DNA of 64,000 nucleotides from Blastocatellia bacterium. Lineage in GTDB: Bacteria; Acidobacteriota; Blastocatellia; UBA7656. A program made the translations under genes and the position numbers. Below the pieces are notes generated by a model. It had not been told where the DNA came from and made no database searches. It saw only the letters and a program-made list of their open reading frames with translations. Positions 19,720 through 28,215 of this stretch are shown piece after piece (within the stretch, counting starts at the first letter, position 1; each line of letters starts with the position of its first letter). Location of the stretch: the NCBI GenBank assembly GCA_036277095.1, contig DASUNP010000005.1, positions 411,775 to 475,774 on the forward strand. Direction: 5' to 3'.

Positions 19720-20434
19720 CAGACAGACCGAACGGGAATGTCACGCGCTTAAGCAATCTGGCTTCGAGCTTGAGCGTAGCCGCGAGCCCGCGATTCATCC
19801 ATTCAGGCACGGGCTTGACGTCCGACCCTTCAGCGCCCGTGAGCCTCGATATCAGCCGGTGCGCAGTCGCCGCGCCGAACAGCAAGGTATTCGCATAGGT
19901 CGCGCGGCGCGGCCTGAGCCCCTCGGAGTCGAGCAGTTGTCTAAGCTCTCGGAGCGTGTAACGATGGCGCGTGCCTACGGCTATGTCGTGACGCCCGCGC
20001 ACCCATTCGTAAGCAGGCTCACGAATAAAGAGCAGCCCGCCGGGCTTTAATACGCGGCGCATCTCTCGAACGGCGCTTCGCGCTTCATCAAGGTTTAGCT
20101 GATAGATGACATCAAAGCAGGTCACAAGGTCGAACGCGCCCGAGATAAAAGGCAAGCTCGCAACCGACGCTACGGCGCCTGTATCCAGCCCGCGCGCGCG
20201 CCAGAACTCCGCCGCGAGCGGAGAGAGATCTACACCGAAGCAGTCCTCTGCGCCCAGGCGCTCTCTGAGCCAGGCGAGCGAATAGCCGGTCCCGCAACCT
20301 ACGTCGAGCAGGCGGAGGCTTTCATCTCTCTTCAGATGTTTGTTGAGAATCGCGGCGGTCACCGCGCGCATGCCGTCGTACCACCAGAGACGGTCTTCAA
20401 GCTCGAACATCGCGCGGTACTCTTCGCTTTGCAT
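19688..20434 (-). CDS. Class I SAM-dependent methyltransferase
   Basis: Motif I LLDVGCGTGYSLAWL. Start set at the internal ATG 20434; the track's TTG start at 20488 reads into the heptamer repeat. Confidence 0.7.
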   Translation of the reverse strand: MQSEEYRAMFELEDRLWWYDGMRAVTAAILNKHLKRDESLRLLDVGCGTGYSLAWLRERLGAEDCFGVDLSPLAAEFWRARGLDTGAVASVASLPFISGAFDLVTCFDVIYQLNLDEARSAVREMRRVLKPGGLLFIREPAYEWVRGRHDIAVGTRHRYTLRELRQLLDSEGLRPRRATYANTLLFGAATAHRLISRLTGAEGSDVKPVPEWMNRGLAATLKLEARLLKRVTFPFGLSAIALAEKLPR

Positions 20435-20480
20435 AAGAACAGGGCCATTTGGATGGCGGATTATGCGCTTCGCGCACCGC

Positions 20481-20540
20481 GATTTCAAATCTCAAATCTC
20501 AGGTCAATCCCTGACCCCTGACCCCTGGCCCCTGGCCCCC
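20481..20540. repeat. Heptamer tandem repeats: GATTTCAAATCTCAAATCTCAG then CCCTGAC x2 and CCCTGGC x2
   Basis: Direct tandem 7-mers visible in sequence. They overlap the stop and last ~11 codons of the GT2 gene (...GARGQGSGVRD*). Confidence 0.7.
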
Positions 20541-21265
20541 GTCTCGGCAAGCTGTGACTGACCTTTTGCTACGATGCGCCACCACAGTAGGCTTAAGTCT
20601 ACGAGCGTTTTGAAGAGCCGCCGGAAGTTGAAGAACTGAGATTTGCCGTAAACCCTGTGATAGTGATGGACGGGGCATTCGGCGAAACGCAGCCCCGCGT
20701 CCTGAAAGCTCTTAATCATCTCGACACAGATCGTGCCGCTTGTAGAATAGAGCCGGACGCGGTCGAAGCTCGACCTTCGGATCAAGCGGAAGTCGCAGTC
20801 TACGTCTTTGATCTTTATCCCGAACGCGAGCTTGACCGTCCAGCAATAGATATTACCGACTACGATTCGGTGAAAGGGGTCGGACCGGCTGATCTTGTAC
20901 CCGTTGACAATGTCTATGGCTTCGGTCATCAGCGGCAGGAGCTTTTCCATCTCCGAGGCGTCGTACTGCGCGTCGCCATCCGTATAGAAGATCAACTCCT
21001 TTGTCGCGCTCGCAAATCCCGTCCTCAGCGCGGTCCCGTAGCCCAGATTCGTCGGGTGGTGTATGACTCGCAGGCGCGGGTAAAGCGCCTCAAGCTCAGA
21101 AAGAATCTGCGCGGTGTTGTCGCGGCTTCCGTCGTTGATGACCAAAACTTCGTAATCGTCCGTTAGCCGTCTCAGGGTGCGGTCCGCGCTCGCGACCATG
21201 CTTGCTATCGTGCCCGCGTCGTTGTAGGCGGGAAAGAATGCGCTTATGCTCGGCTGCTTGTTCAT
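20504..21265 (-). CDS. GT2 family glycosyltransferase (polyprenol-phosphate sugar synthase / Dpm1-like)
   Basis: N-terminal GT-A signature AYNDAGTIASMV...YEVLVINDGSRDNT and DxD region YTDGDAQYD. About 250 aa. Confidence 0.75.
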   Translation of the reverse strand: MNKQPSISAFFPAYNDAGTIASMVASADRTLRRLTDDYEVLVINDGSRDNTAQILSELEALYPRLRVIHHPTNLGYGTALRTGFASATKELIFYTDGDAQYDASEMEKLLPLMTEAIDIVNGYKISRSDPFHRIVVGNIYCWTVKLAFGIKIKDVDCDFRLIRRSSFDRVRLYSTSGTICVEMIKSFQDAGLRFAECPVHHYHRVYGKSQFFNFRRLFKTLVDLSLLWWRIVAKGQSQLAETGARGQGSGVRD

Positions 21266-21303
21266 TGAGGATTAATTCTATAAGCCCGACACCCGGTCTT
21301 ACA

Positions 21304-21354
21304 AGTGCTGAGTGCTGAGTGAAAACTATTACTCAGGACTCAGCACTCAGCACT
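21304..21354. repeat. CTGAGTG-family heptamer palindrome (copy 1)
   Basis: agtgctgagtgctgagtg-aaaactatt-actcaggactcagcactcagcact. The 3' arm encodes the last residues (...EVLSAES*) and the stop of the GT87 paralog. Confidence 0.75.
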
Positions 21355-22778
21355 TCTTTCTTGCGCAGGTAATCCCACGCCAGCAGTGCGAGCGTCGGGC
21401 CGTAAAGTGATGCACCCAACCACACAGGCAAGTGAGGGTATACGTTCGGTATGTACCAGAGCAGGTAGAGCAGAATCGTCGCCCCCGTAAGATAGAGCCA
21501 GCCCGCGCGCGGCACAAAGCATAAGAAAGGGATTATCCAGGCATAGTACCAGGGGTAGCGCGGGGTCGTCAGCAGCAGGTAGAGCCCTATGAGTGCGACC
21601 GCTGCGCGGGCAACATCCGTCGCGTCGCGCTTGGGCCGCGTGATCCACCAGAGACCCAACGCGAGAAGCGCAATCGCGGCCAGGGCGACAAAAACAGCGG
21701 TCGGCAACGGCACGATTTTTTGGATGAGAGAATACAGAAAATATCGCGTGCCGCCTTCGACATAACCTTCTTCCGCAAATTCATTCGGCAAGTAGCCCAA
21801 CACTCCTCGGCCTACGCTCAGGTAAGGAATGTAGGAAGCAATAACCGTGGCGACGAATGCCGCAATCATTTTGAGATTCGGCTTGCTCAGTATTGTCGAG
21901 ACAAGCCGCCGCAGCCAGCCGATCTTTTCGTCAGTCTCATATGAAAACATCATCGCGGGGAGCAGCAGCCCTGGATAAAACTTGACCATAGCGGCCAGCC
22001 CGATCATCACTCCGGCGAGCACAGGCTTTTTATAAACGCGCGCCACGAACGCCAGCGCGAGAAATGCTATGAAGGCCGATTCGACGTGCCCGCTGTGAGC
22101 GCCTTCCCATACCAATAGCGGGTGCCACGCGAAGATGATCGCGCGCGCGGGGTTGAGGCCGGCCCTCGCCAGCACGAGCATGACCGCGAGCATTGTGAGC
22201 ATGTCGAACAACGACATCGCCACTCTGAACGCGGTGATGCTCAAAGGGTGAGCGAGGTAAATGCCCAGGTAGATCGCCTGCGCGATGGGCGGGTAAGGCG
22301 TCGGCGCGTAGTCGCTGCGATTGATGTTCGGATAAATCTTGTCTTCTCTGAGATGTGCCAGCTCCGGCGCGGAAGGAACGTAACGATACGGGTTGATTCC
22401 TGCCGCTTGAACGCGCCCGTCCCATATGTAGCGGTAGGTGTCCGTCGACAGGTATGGCCGTTTGTTGACTAGCTGAGCGCGAAAGCAGCCGGCGAAAAGA
22501 ATTATTACGCCCAGGGTGGCAAGCATTACTCCGCGCGGAAGCCCGGCGGGCATTCGAAGCACAGCGTAGCAGGCAATGAGGTAGAGAGCGAAATGACCTA
22601 TGAAGGTCATTATGTAAGCCGCTATCCATTGCGTGAACCAGTGGAGGTCGCCGCTATACAAATAGAGCGCGGCGCTCGCGAGGCCGACCAGCGCGAGCGC
22701 CAGGGGATAGCCGAAGGCCCGCGCCGAAGATTGAGTCGGATCGGCTTTCGTAAGCGGAAGGTCTGTTGCATTTAACAT
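21333..22778 (-). CDS. GT87/DUF2029-type membrane glycosyltransferase, paralog of 18286..19719
   Basis: Polytopic. Shares the YRYIWDGRVQAAGINPY...YPPIAQAIY block with the other copy. Confidence 0.6.
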   Translation of the reverse strand: MLNATDLPLTKADPTQSSARAFGYPLALALVGLASAALYLYSGDLHWFTQWIAAYIMTFIGHFALYLIACYAVLRMPAGLPRGVMLATLGVIILFAGCFRAQLVNKRPYLSTDTYRYIWDGRVQAAGINPYRYVPSAPELAHLREDKIYPNINRSDYAPTPYPPIAQAIYLGIYLAHPLSITAFRVAMSLFDMLTMLAVMLVLARAGLNPARAIIFAWHPLLVWEGAHSGHVESAFIAFLALAFVARVYKKPVLAGVMIGLAAMVKFYPGLLLPAMMFSYETDEKIGWLRRLVSTILSKPNLKMIAAFVATVIASYIPYLSVGRGVLGYLPNEFAEEGYVEGGTRYFLYSLIQKIVPLPTAVFVALAAIALLALGLWWITRPKRDATDVARAAVALIGLYLLLTTPRYPWYYAWIIPFLCFVPRAGWLYLTGATILLYLLWYIPNVYPHLPVWLGASLYGPTLALLAWDYLRKKEVLSAES

Positions 22779-23473
22779 TACTTATGAAATGCGTCGGCGG
22801 CGGGCCAACGCGACAGCATAAAGCGCCTGGTGTTTTCGGCCCGCGCCGGATCGCGCCCGTCTTCTGCAAGCTCGCGGCGTAGCCACCGAAGCGCGTCGAC
22901 GTTGTCGACGTCATACCACTCCGGGAGCAAGACGACTTCAAGCCCGATCTCGCGCGCGCGCGCGATGGTTTCGGCTAGCACCAGCTCCGTAGACCACGTG
23001 ATGCGGTCAAACAACTGACGGTGAGGCCGCTTGATGCCTATCAAATAGTACCCGCCGTCGACCGCCGGACCCAGCACTACGCGGTCGCCCGCGCGCCCGA
23101 GCTCTTCAAACGCTCTTACGAGATACTCGCGCGGAAGTGTCGGGCTGTCCGCGTCCATGATTGCAGCCGAACTGTAGCCTTCGCCGAGCAGGTCCGAGAG
23201 CGCGTGAAAGAGCTTATCGCCAAAGCTCGCGCCGCGCTGCGCAAGCATCCGCGCACCGTTCGACAACATGCCGTCGAAAAAATGTTCGGAGCCAATGGGT
23301 GTGTACGATATGACCGCGTCGGTCGCAGGGACGCCCCCGATCAACGCGAGAGTGTCTTTGAGGAAGCAACGGTACAACTCTGTCGCATCGTCTTTTGATA
23401 ACAGCGAATGCAATCTGGTCTTCACCGTCCCGGGCTGTGGCGCTTTGGCCGCTACTGCCAGTGCTTGTCGCAT
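22778..23473 (-). CDS. DUF2064 family protein (MobA-like nucleotidyltransferase fold; TIGR04282-type transferase)
   Basis: Start LAVAAKAPQPGTVKTRL, then ...IMDADSPTL...VVLGPAVDGGYYLIG...WSTELVLAET. Matches my recollection of the DUF2064 family. Start overlaps the upstream stop (ATGA). Confidence 0.55.
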   Translation of the reverse strand: MRQALAVAAKAPQPGTVKTRLHSLLSKDDATELYRCFLKDTLALIGGVPATDAVISYTPIGSEHFFDGMLSNGARMLAQRGASFGDKLFHALSDLLGEGYSSAAIMDADSPTLPREYLVRAFEELGRAGDRVVLGPAVDGGYYLIGIKRPHRQLFDRITWSTELVLAETIARAREIGLEVVLLPEWYDVDNVDALRWLRRELAEDGRDPARAENTRRFMLSRWPAADAFHK

Positions 23474-23482
23474 CCGTCAGGT

Positions 23483-24430
23483 TCAGCTCTTTCTTAGAAT
23501 CTGGTACAGCTTCACATTCTCTGCATCTGCCTCATCAAGCATTTCCAACTGAATTGTTACGTGCCCTATGTTGAAGTCATGCTGCAGTCGCTCTTGCAGG
23601 GCGACGAGCGTCTCGCGATGCCTGGCGCCCGGCACCACCGTGACGTGCGCCGATAGCGCGTCTTTCCCCGAGCTTATCGTCCAGACGTGCAGGTCGTGAA
23701 CGTTCGTAACGCCCTGGACTTCGTGCATCGCCGCGATCACCGCGCGCACGTTGATGTGAGACGGCGTCCCTTCGAGAAGTATGTTCACGGACTCGCGTAT
23801 GAGATGCCACGAGCTGTAGATTATCAGCAACGACATAAAGATGCTGATAATCGGGTCGACTATCGTCCACCCCCACCGCCAGATTATTACCCCCGCCGCG
23901 ATGGCCCCGACAGAGCCGAGCGCGTCGCCTAACACATGCAGGAACGCGGCGCGCACGTTCAGATTCTCTTCCGATGCCGAGTGCAACAACCACGCGCTGA
24001 TTATGTTGATGACCAGACCGCCCGAGGCTATCCATATCACCTCTAAGCTCAGAATCTCGTCCGCGCGCTTGGGAGTCTTTATCCGCTCGAAGGCTTCGTA
24101 AAAGATCAGTAGAGAGATGACGACCAGCGCCACTCCGTTTGCGAGCGCGGCCAGTATCTCAAGACGGTAATAGCCGTACGTCTTGCTCGTAGTGACGGGG
24201 CGCGCGGCGAACCACAACGCGAGCATTGCCAGAAGGAGCGCGGCGACATCGGCGAGCATGTGCCCGGCGTCCGACAGCAGCGCGAGAGAGTTTGTCAAAA
24301 ACCCGCCTATCGCCTCGGCGAGCATGTAGACGACGGTCAGGCCGAGCACGAACTTGAGCCTGCGCCGGCTCGCGCTCGCGTGGGAGTGCGCGTGTTTGTG
24401 ATCGTGTTTATGCCCCTCGTGCTCGCTCAT
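23483..24430 (-). CDS. Cation diffusion facilitator (CzcD/ZitB-type) metal efflux transporter
   Basis: His-rich N-terminus MSEHEGHKHDHKHAHSHA. Six TM helices. C-terminal cytoplasmic domain HDLHVWTISSG. Confidence 0.8.
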   Translation of the reverse strand: MSEHEGHKHDHKHAHSHASASRRRLKFVLGLTVVYMLAEAIGGFLTNSLALLSDAGHMLADVAALLLAMLALWFAARPVTTSKTYGYYRLEILAALANGVALVVISLLIFYEAFERIKTPKRADEILSLEVIWIASGGLVINIISAWLLHSASEENLNVRAAFLHVLGDALGSVGAIAAGVIIWRWGWTIVDPIISIFMSLLIIYSSWHLIRESVNILLEGTPSHINVRAVIAAMHEVQGVTNVHDLHVWTISSGKDALSAHVTVVPGARHRETLVALQERLQHDFNIGHVTIQLEMLDEADAENVKLYQILRKS

Positions 24431-24458
24431 GTGGAACTCGTCTATTTCTGGAACTCGT

Positions 24459-25286
24459 CTATTTCACCCCGAGCAGCTCGACTTCGAAGATCAGAGTCGC
24501 ATTAGGCGGGATGACTCCGCCCGCGCCCCTCGGACCGTAGCCGAGATGCGAAGGGATGATCAGCTTGCGCTTGCCGCCGACCTTCATCGTGATGACTCCC
24601 TCGTCCCAACCTCGTATGACCTGGCCGACTCCGATGACGAAGGTGAACGGCTCGCCGCGCTCATGCGAGCTGTCAAACTTTTTGCCGTCTTCGAGCGTGC
24701 CGGTGTAATGAACGGTGACCTGCTGGCCGACTTCGGGTGTCTCTCCTGTGCCTACGGTCAGGTCGCTATATTTGAGTCCTGAAGCTGTCGTCACCACTCC
24801 GTTCTCCTCCGAGGTTATTGCCAGGTTTGAGATCTGTGTGCCTTGCCAGGAGACTATCTGCCAACGGCCCTGCCGTTTTGCCCAGACCTGCGTGTGATTG
24901 ATCCTGCGCTTGCCGCCGAAAACGATCTGGCCGGTTATTATCGCCGTGTTTCCGTAAAAGCGCACCTTCTGATTCTCGACCACCATCGGCTCGCGGTTAG
25001 GCACTTGAGACCGCGCAGGCTCAAGGGCTTTATTCTTATCGCCGACCATCCCGTCGTGGCTTATGCCTACGTAATCGTCGGCTATTAAAGAACCGAGCAC
25101 GTTCGCGTCGCGGCGGCGCAACGCCGCTATCCACTCTTGTTGAAGCTTCAGCACGGCCTGTTCTTCGTTGACCGTAGCGCGAGGGCCGGGGGCCGTGCGC
25201 GGTTTTCGGCTCCTGGTCTGCGCCCCGGCGGGCGAAATAATTGCGACCGCAATGAGCGCGGCGAGAATCGGTCTTTTTATCTGCAT
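24459..25286 (-). CDS. Secreted FKBP-type peptidyl-prolyl isomerase with N-terminal SnoaL-like/DUF4440 domain
   Basis: Signal peptide [24 protein letters not shown]-terminal FKBP motifs [31 protein letters not shown] and [14 protein letters not shown]. The track start at 25367 reads through the TTTGAAATTTCAAAT repeat. Confidence 0.75.
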   Translation of the reverse strand: MQIKRPILAALIAVAIISPAGAQTRSRKPRTAPGPRATVNEEQAVLKLQQEWIAALRRRDANVLGSLIADDYVGISHDGMVGDKNKALEPARSQVPNREPMVVENQKVRFYGNTAIITGQIVFGGKRRINHTQVWAKRQGRWQIVSWQGTQISNLAITSEENGVVTTASGLKYSDLTVGTGETPEVGQQVTVHYTGTLEDGKKFDSSHERGEPFTFVIGVGQVIRGWDEGVITMKVGGKRKLIIPSHLGYGPRGAGGVIPPNATLIFEVELLGVK

Positions 25287-25300
25287 AACTCCGTCTCTAT

Positions 25301-25333
25301 AATTTGAAATTTCAAATTTGAAATCTGAGATTC
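25301..25333. repeat. TTTCAAAT-family palindromic repeat (aatttgaaatttcaaatttgaaatctgagattc)
   Basis: Lies between the radical SAM stop and the FKBP start. Shares the GATTTCAAATCTCA core with elements at 20481, 52538 and 55829. Confidence 0.65.
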
Positions 25334-26383
25334 TTAGAGGCTCCACCGCACGCCGCAGTTTTTGCACGCGCTCGGCGGCTCATCGCTTTGAAGGTCGCTT
25401 CTGAATCTCTTGTAAAGGTGATCGTTCCATATGTCCATCAGCGGCCGCTCGAAAGCGTTGCCGAGGACGTACGAGGTGTAATCGCGCTCGGCGAAAGGAG
25501 CGATGCAGCACGGCAGCACGTTGCCGTTCGCCGTGATGTACATCAGCGTCCAGGGCCTCCGGCACAGGCTCCAGGGCTGGTCGTCTTCTTTAGGCATCAA
25601 GCTCTGTTCGGGCGAAGCGGCTCCAGACGCGTTGAAAACAATTCCAAGCTCGGATGCCAGTGCGTGCGCCTCTTCGATCACGCGCAACTCGTCTTCTCTA
25701 GCCGACGCGAACAGCGCCTGGTCGGGCCGCGCCAGGCCCTGCCCCTGCTGGTGGTCGTCAAAAAATACGAGCCGTTGCAGATAGACTTCGCCCACTCCCA
25801 TATCGCGCGCGAGCAGGACGAAGGCTTTAAGCTGGTCGAGCGTCTCTTTCAACCCGACCAGCCACAGCGAAAGTCTCGGCTGCTCGACACGCATCTCTTT
25901 TTGAAGCGCGACGAACTCGCGCACGTTCTTGACTATAAGGTTGAAGCGCGAGAGCCCGCGAACCATCGCGAAGGTTTCGGCGTCAGCCGCGTCGAGTGAG
26001 ATCCGATATTCGTCGAGGCCGCTGGCGATCAAATGTTGCTGCACGTGCGGGTAGAGCATCGTGCCGTTTGAATTAAAGAGCACGTAAACGCCGCGGTCTT
26101 TCAAGTAGCCGATCATGCGAGGCAGCTCTTTATTTATCAGGGGCTCGCCTATGCCGTGCAGGACCGCGCGCTTGAGGCCCGGCACCTGATCGACGATCAT
26201 CTTCATCTTTTCAAAAGAGAGGTCGGCGGGCCGCTCTACTGAAGCGAACGTGCGCGGGCAGTGCTGGCAAAGAAGATTGCAGCGGTTAGTAGTCTCAAGA
26301 TAGAGGCAGACCGGAGGGTTTGAAACAATCGGCCCTAGAGTCTTTACTTGTTTGAAGTAAGGCTTGCTCTCGATTGTCGCCAT
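25334..26383 (-). CDS. Radical SAM protein with partial SPASM/twitch-like C-terminal Cys cluster
   Basis: CNLLCQHCP (CxxxCxxC) at residue 35. GIGEPL motif. C-terminal cysteines C-x12-G-x5-CC ... CKNC. Confidence 0.7.
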   Translation of the reverse strand: MATIESKPYFKQVKTLGPIVSNPPVCLYLETTNRCNLLCQHCPRTFASVERPADLSFEKMKMIVDQVPGLKRAVLHGIGEPLINKELPRMIGYLKDRGVYVLFNSNGTMLYPHVQQHLIASGLDEYRISLDAADAETFAMVRGLSRFNLIVKNVREFVALQKEMRVEQPRLSLWLVGLKETLDQLKAFVLLARDMGVGEVYLQRLVFFDDHQQGQGLARPDQALFASAREDELRVIEEAHALASELGIVFNASGAASPEQSLMPKEDDQPWSLCRRPWTLMYITANGNVLPCCIAPFAERDYTSYVLGNAFERPLMDIWNDHLYKRFRSDLQSDEPPSACKNCGVRWSL

Positions 26384-26421
26384 AGCGCAAAAGTTTAGCT
26401 TGCGCTACTCCGCCTCAGCAA

Positions 26422-26503
26422 GTCCTGAGTGCTGAGTCCTGAGTCCTGAGTGAAGAATTAGAGGCAGTGTTCTTAAGTTTTTTACTCAGCACTCAGCACT
26501 CAT
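26422..26503. repeat. CTGAGTG-family heptamer palindrome (copy 2)
   Basis: gtcctgagtgctgagtcctgagtcctgagtga ...loop... actcagcactcagcactcat. The BshC stop codon lies in the 3' arm. Confidence 0.75.
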
Positions 26504-28203
26504 TTAGCGTTGACGACTTGAGATGCGACGCCGCCCAGGTAGACCAGCTTGTGATTCGAATAGCCTATCTCAGCCGCGTTATACAGATCGTTAAACAGCG
26601 TAGGGCCGTAACGCGACAGGAAGTAGTAGACGTTAAGCTCGCGCTCTTGAAAATTCTTATCGGGCATCAATGTGAGATACGCCCTTTCGATCTGGCGATA
26701 GACGGTCTCTTCCCTGCGCGCGCTTGAATGAATGAAGCGCGTGCGAAGGTGCTCGATCTGGTAAAGGATCTTTGCGCGCGCGCGCTTGAGCGAGACGGAA
26801 AGCGTGCGGTCGGCGCGGCTGATGGTGTCTTCGAGCTTATTGAGCTGCTCGGTCAGTATTCGCTCGGTTTCGGCGAATGTGTTAGCCGTCTCGCGGTCCA
26901 GGCTCTGCTCGACGACTTTCGTCATCGCCGGGTGCAGCCCCTCGAAAAAGTCGCGAAGCGCGAGGCCGTGCTTCTTCATGGTCTTCTGATGCCGGCCTTC
27001 GACTATCGTGAAGCTCGCGCGGGGCAGCACGCAAGGCTTGGCGCGACCGAGCGTTTCGTAAACGGCTCCGAGTTGCGCGAAGTAAGCTATCTCCGCCGGG
27101 CCTCCTACGTAAGCAGCCGTAGGCAGCAGGTAATCTTGAACTACGGGCCTGAGCGTCACGTTGGGGCTGAAACAGTTGGGGCAGCGGCGCGCAAGCTCGA
27201 CAAGCTCTTCGCGGCTGAACGAGCGGTCCGAGCCTTTGAGATGAAAGCGCCCGTCCTGTTCAACCATAGCGACGCGGCGGCCTTCGTCGAGTATAAACAG
27301 CGGCACCATGTCTTCAGAGACATGAATTTGCGCGTGATAACCCGCCGCTTCAAGCTCGCGGCTGCGCCCGACAAGCGCGCGGACGATCTCTGTCGAATGC
27401 TCAAGGGATTCGGCGTAAAGCGGTGCCGCGACCTGCTTCAACTGCTCGTCTTGAGGATCGAGCAGCACGACCCCGTAATCTCGAAACAGCCGCGCCATCA
27501 ATCGCGCGAACGCCTCGGCGAACCCTACGCCGTGTTGATAACTTTCGCGCAAATCGCGTTCGAGGTCTGCCACGAATTCCGAGGGCGGGAGCGCGTTGAT
27601 GAACTCCGTGATCTTCTCGTCAATCCCTTCGCAGAGCGTGATGTGGCCCACGGGGGAGTCCGGCTTGTGCTCGCACGCCTCGTAGCGCACGTCTTTCAAA
27701 TGGCCTTCGCGGTCGATCAGGCGTGTGTGATTGACCTCTTCGTAATCGTGGTCCTCGCTCGCCACCCAGAAGACCGGCACGGCCTCGACTCCCTGCTCGC
27801 GAAGACATGCGGCGAGCTTGACTACAGTCAGCGCTTTATGAATCGTGTAAAGCGGCCCGGTAAAAAGTCCCGCCTGCTGGCCTGTGACAATGGCGACCGA
27901 GCCTGGGCGGCGGAGCATATCGATGTGTTTGAAAGTAAGCTCGGGCGATCCTGCGCGGCGGTTTATGCGTTCGAGCGCGTCGGCTACATGGTCGCGGTCG
28001 CGCTGCTCGGCCCCTACGCGGCGAGCGTGTTCGGCCAGTGGCGAGATTGAGCGGCCGCCGTCGCTATAAAACCTGGAGACGCTATCAAAGTTGTAAAGGA
28101 AATCGTTATAGAGTCGTGACGTGCGCGGGATGTCCGTGAAGCGGATCGCGTCTGACAGACGGTCGGCGGCGGCTTCGAGGTCCTTACAGTCAGCTTCTTT
28201 CAT
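26500..28203 (-). CDS. bshC: Bacillithiol biosynthesis cysteine-adding enzyme BshC
   Basis: VTGQQAGLFTGPLYTIHKAL, VFWVASEDHDYEEVNH and C-terminal YYFLSRYGP match BshC (B. subtilis YllA: GGQQAGLLTGPLYTIHKI, IFWVAGEDHDLDEINF, YYLNRYGPKFF). Length 567 aa. Confidence 0.8.
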   Translation of the reverse strand: MKEADCKDLEAAADRLSDAIRFTDIPRTSRLYNDFLYNFDSVSRFYSDGGRSISPLAEHARRVGAEQRDRDHVADALERINRRAGSPELTFKHIDMLRRPGSVAIVTGQQAGLFTGPLYTIHKALTVVKLAACLREQGVEAVPVFWVASEDHDYEEVNHTRLIDREGHLKDVRYEACEHKPDSPVGHITLCEGIDEKITEFINALPPSEFVADLERDLRESYQHGVGFAEAFARLMARLFRDYGVVLLDPQDEQLKQVAAPLYAESLEHSTEIVRALVGRSRELEAAGYHAQIHVSEDMVPLFILDEGRRVAMVEQDGRFHLKGSDRSFSREELVELARRCPNCFSPNVTLRPVVQDYLLPTAAYVGGPAEIAYFAQLGAVYETLGRAKPCVLPRASFTIVEGRHQKTMKKHGLALRDFFEGLHPAMTKVVEQSLDRETANTFAETERILTEQLNKLEDTISRADRTLSVSLKRARAKILYQIEHLRTRFIHSSARREETVYRQIERAYLTLMPDKNFQERELNVYYFLSRYGPTLFNDLYNAAEIGYSNHKLVYLGGVASQVVNAK

Positions 28204-28215
28204 AATAACACTGTT

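Noticed and set aside
20481-20540. Possible CRISPR-like spacing of heptamer arrays here and at the other repeat loci
   Set aside because: The units are 7 nt tandem and palindromic with no spacers of 25-40 nt, and there are no cas genes in the window.
26728-28050. 440-aa + strand ORF
   Set aside because: It is antisense to bshC, which has strong ortholog-level motif matches. It has no motifs of its own.
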